Of a DNA stretch of 64,000 nucleotides, positions 59,661-64,000 are shown piece by piece. A program made the position numbers and the translations under genes. The DNA comes from Eutreptiella sp. 'Long Island Sound 2002' (Eukaryota; Protista; Euglenida), in assembly GCA_964036045.1 (NCBI GenBank), contig OZ038378.1, positions 5,766,001-5,830,000 on the forward strand, in the 5' to 3' direction. The notes beneath the pieces are model-generated. The model was given only the letters and a program-made list of their open reading frames with translations. It did no database searches and had not been told where the DNA came from. Each line of letters starts with the position of its first letter. The first letter of the stretch is position 1.

Positions 59661-59961
59661 CGAGATTTTTCAAATTCAGATCCGTGAAGGCCTGTCCCCG
59701 TCCGTCGGAGCCACGGTAGTTGGGCTTCAGCACCAACACGCCCTCGTTGGCCCACTGTACTTCCGGGTAATACATACGGCTGCGGCGGTCCAGCAGAGAC
59801 GTCGTGGAGTTGGCGACGGGCCCCCCGTGTACGACGAAGAGGAGGGCATGGCGCTTGGACGGGTCGAAGTTGGGGGGCTTACGCAGCGCCCCCTCAATCT
59901 CCTCCCCGTCTTTGCTGGGCCATCGGATGGTTTCCATGGTCCCCAGCTGCCACTTCTCGGC
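59661..59961 (-). CDS. S9 family serine peptidase, penultimate exon (upstream exons not seen)
   Basis: AG/GT bounded. IRWPSKDGEEIEG.L.KP...LLFVVHGGP...VLKPNYRGSDGRG is the typical S9 catalytic-domain start. The phase joins the last exon (G+GT=Gly). Confidence 0.9.
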
Positions 59962-60152
59962 CTACAGGCACGTGGGCAAAAGAGGATGTAACACACTTTC
60001 AGAGTCGCCGTACCCATGACCACATGTTCTGTGAGCGTGGTATAGCAGCGCAGCAGCATAGGGAAATGGCGCCTAGGCTTGTGAGTGGGCAGCAGGGCTG
60101 GCTGTGGGAGGGAGGGGAATGGCATTGGCATGCTATGATATCGCCAGCGTCA

Positions 60153-60243
60153 TATGGTATGGTATGGTATGGTATGGTATGGTATGGTATGGTATGGTAT
60201 GGTATGGTATGGTATGGTATGTTGTTGTTGTTGTTGTTGTTGT
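60153..60243. repeat. (TATGG)n microsatellite abutting (GTT)n
   Basis: Directly visible: (TATGG)n 60153-60220 and (GTT)n 60221-60243. Confidence 0.95.
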
Positions 60244-63200
60244 GGCACCCAGCACGTGCCGGCGGGAGAAATTGCCAGACACGCTCTCCCTGGGCAGGGC
60301 GCAAGGGAGCAGTCGGCCGGTGTCACGCTGGCCGGGCGTGTGCCGACGACGACCGAGGGGGGGGGGGGGGGGGGGCGCCATGGTGTGGGGGGGGGGGGGA
60401 GTGTGTGCGTGGAGAAGGGAGGGGTCACCTGTGAGTTACCCTGGAGCCCTCCCCCGTCTCGCGGGGGGAGAGTGACCCGACCTGTGCGAAGCGGCTGTGG
60501 AGGGGGTGGAGGGCTGGGCGGGGACCTTGGGGTGGGGAAGGCACGCCCGGGTCCGCGGTCACTCCGCGCCTTGCCCGAACATCCCGCCGAGGTGGCCGTT
60601 CCTCGTGTGTGGCCGTGGCGTGGCCGGGGGCGCTGGCCCGTGCGTCTAGCCTTCTGCGGGGGCGAGGGGAGGCCCGGGAGTTGCTTTCTGCTGGCGCCTA
60701 GTCACCTCTGCACGTGTTGTGGTGTGGCCGCCTCGTCCCCGGTGGTGCGGGCGTGCGCGCGCGTCGGTCAGCGGGGAGGGAGGGCACAAGGGCGGGAGCA
60801 CAAGAGCACTATAACGGGTATACGGCTGGTGGCGTGTTGTGTTTGGTCCGGCAGTGGTTCCCTGGTGCCTGTCCCTGTGTCCCGCGTGCGGGAGGCCGCG
60901 CGGCACGGCCGGCGGGGGGGTCGAGGCCTGGGCCGGGCGCATGGGTAGCGGCGGGCGGCCGAGGCGGAGGCGGCGCCCTGCGGGTGCGGGGCCCGTGGCG
61001 GTCGCGGGGCGGTGCGGGCGGACCGGCTGGCGGCCGGCGGTGGCCCTGAGTGCCCCACACTGTGGGGTCGGTGGGCGTGCCGGGGGCATGTGCGTCGCGC
61101 AGGTCAGGCTGCGGGGGGCGCATGCGCAAGGGCGTCGGCGTGCCCGATGAGGGCCCCACTGTGGGCCGTGGGACCTGCGGCAAGCTGGAAGTGTTGCCCG
61201 GGGGTCGAGGCCGGGGCCGGGCGTGTGGGTAGCGGCGGGCAGCCTAGGCGGAAGCGGCGACAACGGGCTCGGGTGCCCGTGGCGGGAGCGGGGCGGTGTG
61301 TGCGGGCCGGCCGGCGGCCGGTGGCCTCACCGAGAGTCCCACACGGAGGGGTCGACGGGCGTGCCGGGGGCGTACGCGACGTGCAGGTCGGGCAGTAGAG
61401 GGCGCACGTGCAGGGCGTCGGCGTGCCCGATGAGGACATCACCGAGGACCGAGGGGTTCGCGGCAAGCAGGATGCGTTGCCCGGGGGGGGTGGCGGCGAG
61501 GAGCGGGAGGATGTCCGCGGCCCGTGACGCGGGGGTGAACACGACGTGGGCCGGGTGCGGCCCCGGGAGAGGTGCCGGGGGGACTGGGACCACAGGCTGG
61601 CGGTCCACCGTGAGGCGCCACGTGGCGCAGTGGCGGAGGAGCCAGACTAGGGCGATGCTGTGGCGCAGTGTGAGGGGCAGGGTGCAGGGCGGCGCGGGGA
61701 CGTTCGGTGGGAGGGGGGGGGGCGGGGCGGCGACGTGGGAGGGGGCCCGGCGGAGGAGTGACGCCAGCGACGTGTGCGTCGTGCTGGGGGTGGAAAGGAG
61801 CTCGCGGAGGAGCCCTTCGCGGCCGGCGCTGTCCAGCAGGGGGGGGGGGCGCCGTGGGGGGAGGTGGGCCGCCGCCCACCTCCAGTACCACTGCCCCCCC
61901 CACTACGCCCTGCAGTTGCTCCTCGCGTGGCGCCTGTTCACGCACCCACCGGTTCCGTCAGCCACGGCCGGCCACGCCCCCCACCTCATCTCCCCTTTTG
62001 AGCTCCGCACGGCCACCGCCGCCGTGTACCTCTCCGACCACCTCCCTGCCGCCCCGCGACCCGGCCCCCCGACGCAATTGGGGTTCAGTATGCTGGGCAT
62101 GTGGCACTCGAGTCCGGGTAGGGGCGGTGACAGAAGGGGCACGTTACTCCCCCGTAGCCGGGGGGATGGTCCTAGGAGCGTAGTAGCCGGAGGTGCATGA
62201 TGCGGTGGAGGGCCAGCGCTGGGACCTCGGCGCGCTCATACGCGAGGCGGAGTAGGTGAGAGGACCAGCCTGGGGGCAGGGGCCGGAGGTGCAACGCGTG
62301 GGTGCGGGTGGTGGTGGCCGCATACGCTGCCTCTGCGGCGCGCGCGGGGCTCAGGAAGATGGCACCTTCACGGAGTGCCACGATGCGGCCGTGGAAGAGT
62401 GCGGACCAGGGGAGGGTCCATGGGGAGGCGGTGTGGAGCCCGCGGCGGGCTAGGGTGTCGGCCTCGGCGTTGAGAGTGGCGAGGTGGCTGGCGGAGCCGG
62501 AGTCGTGTTGCGCGGGGAGCCAGGCCTCGTGCATGCGGAAGGTGGCGGAGAGGAGGGCCGCTCGGTACGGGATGGAGAGGGCGGAGGAGGGGGGCGGGCC
62601 GCTGGTGAGGTCGCAGAGTTGGGAGGCGGTGGAGTCTGAGGCGAAGAGGGCTTCGCCGGACCAGCCGCGGAGGGCGAACATGGCGGCTATCTTGGCGATC
62701 CACTCGGCGTCGGTGGAGTGGCCAGCGAGGGCGTGGAGGCCAAGCCAGCCGCGGTAGAGAGTGCCGTGGTGGGGGTGCCAGAGGAGGAAGCCGGCGCCGA
62801 GGCGGGTGCCCTCTTGGCTTCCGTCGCATGCGACAACGACGTAGGGGAGGGAGCGGAGGGGGGCCAGTGAGCCGGTGTGGTGCTGCGGAGCGGGGCGCAC
62901 GTGGGGGGAGGGGAGGAGGTGGACGGTGATGTCGAGGGGGGCGAGCGCCTGTGCCAGGGCGGGACCTTCGGTGAGCCAGGGGGTGGGGCGGCGTGGGGAG
63001 ACGAGGGACGCCGTGGCGGCCACCGCGAGGGTGTTGGGGCCCCAGGAGGCGCGGAGGTAGGTGCGGAGGAGGTTGAGGGGGGCCCGGTACACCAAGAGGG
63101 GGGCGCCGGGACCGCCCTGCTGGAGGGGGAGGTGGAGGAAGGCCGTGTGTGCCCAGGGGGGCAGACGGAAGGCATGGCGGTAGGCGTTGTTGATGGCGGT

Positions 63201-64000
63201 CTGATGGGGGCGGAGGGAGGGGGGGGGAATGAGGACGCCTGAGGTGACGTAGTCGAGGGGGGAGAGGCCGAAGGCGTGCAGGGAGCGGAGCTGGAGTATG
63301 GGGCAGGCCTCGCGGTTGCGGCTGGCCTTGCGCGCCCGGTCGAGGGACGCACGGGATTTGTTGATGACGCGGAGGAGGGGGAGCTCGGGGAGGATGGGGA
63401 TGCCGACGACCTCCGGGGGGGCGGTGGTGGTGGTGCCGGTGTGCTGTGGGACGTCGGCGGTGACGAGGGTTGGCCGGCCAGGGCGGGAATCGATGAGAGA
63501 GAGTTCCTGTTTGTCGGGGTGGATGATGCGGCCGGCGCGGCGAGAGCACTCGCGGCAGTCGGTGGCCATGGCTGCCACGTCCGTGAGGGAGGGGGTGATG
63601 AAGCGACGGTCGTCGCTGTACGAGAGGTGGGTGGCGGGGAGGGACGCGGAGTGGCCGGGGATGGTGAGGGGGAGGGTGATGGAAGTGTTGGGGCGCATGG
63701 CCCTGGTGATCACCAGGCTGGGGGCCTGGTAGTGGAGTTGGGCGAACCCGTCGCTCTGGTTGCCCCCCTCCTAGGTGCTGAAGGGGTGGGCGAACCCTTC
63801 GCGGGTGGCCACGCGGATGACCAGGCGGCTGTAGAAGCCGTCTGCCCAGGGGCCAAAGTCCCACGTGGCGCGGAGGTGGGAGCAGAGGCGGGAGTTGCCC
63901 TGGCGCAGCACCCTGAGGTACGCGTCAGACTCGTCCCAGTCGCAGATGGCGCAGGTGCCGTGGGTGGAGAGGGCTGTGTAGGTGGCGGCGCGGGCTACGA
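60244..64000 (-). mobile_element. Inactivated non-LTR retrotransposon (RT, RNase H, CCHC knuckle), runs off the right edge; 3' boundary inferred
   Basis: The minus frame gives DWDESDAY (RT motif A-like), EGGNQSD (motif B), SYSDD (motif C), LHLPLQQGGPG, RNase H residues (VACDGS, STDAE, ASDS, NAEAD) and CPFC. In-frame TAG stops at 63771-63773 and 62172-62174. The 3' end is placed at the (CAA)n run by inference. Confidence 0.9.

Noticed and set aside
62172-63773. Amber (TAG) recoding suggested by two in-frame TAGs in the LINE ORF
   Set aside because: INTS7 and the membrane-protein ORF both end in TAG at sensible positions, so TAG is a normal stop and these are inactivating mutations.
1-64000. 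Euglenid non-conventional introns
   Set aside because: Every junction I could reconstruct (GH149, GPCR-like, S9) is canonical GT-AG with consistent phase, so none needs a non-conventional intron.

Overview
Repeat-rich eukaryotic nuclear DNA with large introns and many poly-G/C tracts. A euglenid is the best inference, from a spliced GH149 beta-1,3-glucan phosphorylase; the species cannot be determined. Five host genes are supported, all on the minus strand: (1) a GH149 phosphorylase with 5 exons at 1314-12854, whose 3' part is not found in the window; (2) a 3-exon cAMP-receptor-like 7TM/GPCR gene at about 29161-32502; (3) an intronless Integrator subunit 7 homologue at 35293-38160; (4) an intronless type I membrane, adhesin-like protein at 48867-50435; (5) the last two exons of an S9 (prolyl oligopeptidase family) peptidase at 58003-59961. 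From about 60244 to the window end lies an inactivated non-LTR retrotransposon (RT, RNase H, CCHC knuckle) carrying a precise 226-bp internal inversion. The rest is nested repeats: a TIR-bounded element family with tRNA-like A/B-box cassettes, hAT and other transposon remnants, MITE-like hairpins, micro-, mini- and macrosatellites, and a polyA retrocopy with a 19-bp TSD. No CRISPR array, rRNA or convincing tRNA gene was found. All family assignments come from motifs recognised by eye, with no database searches.
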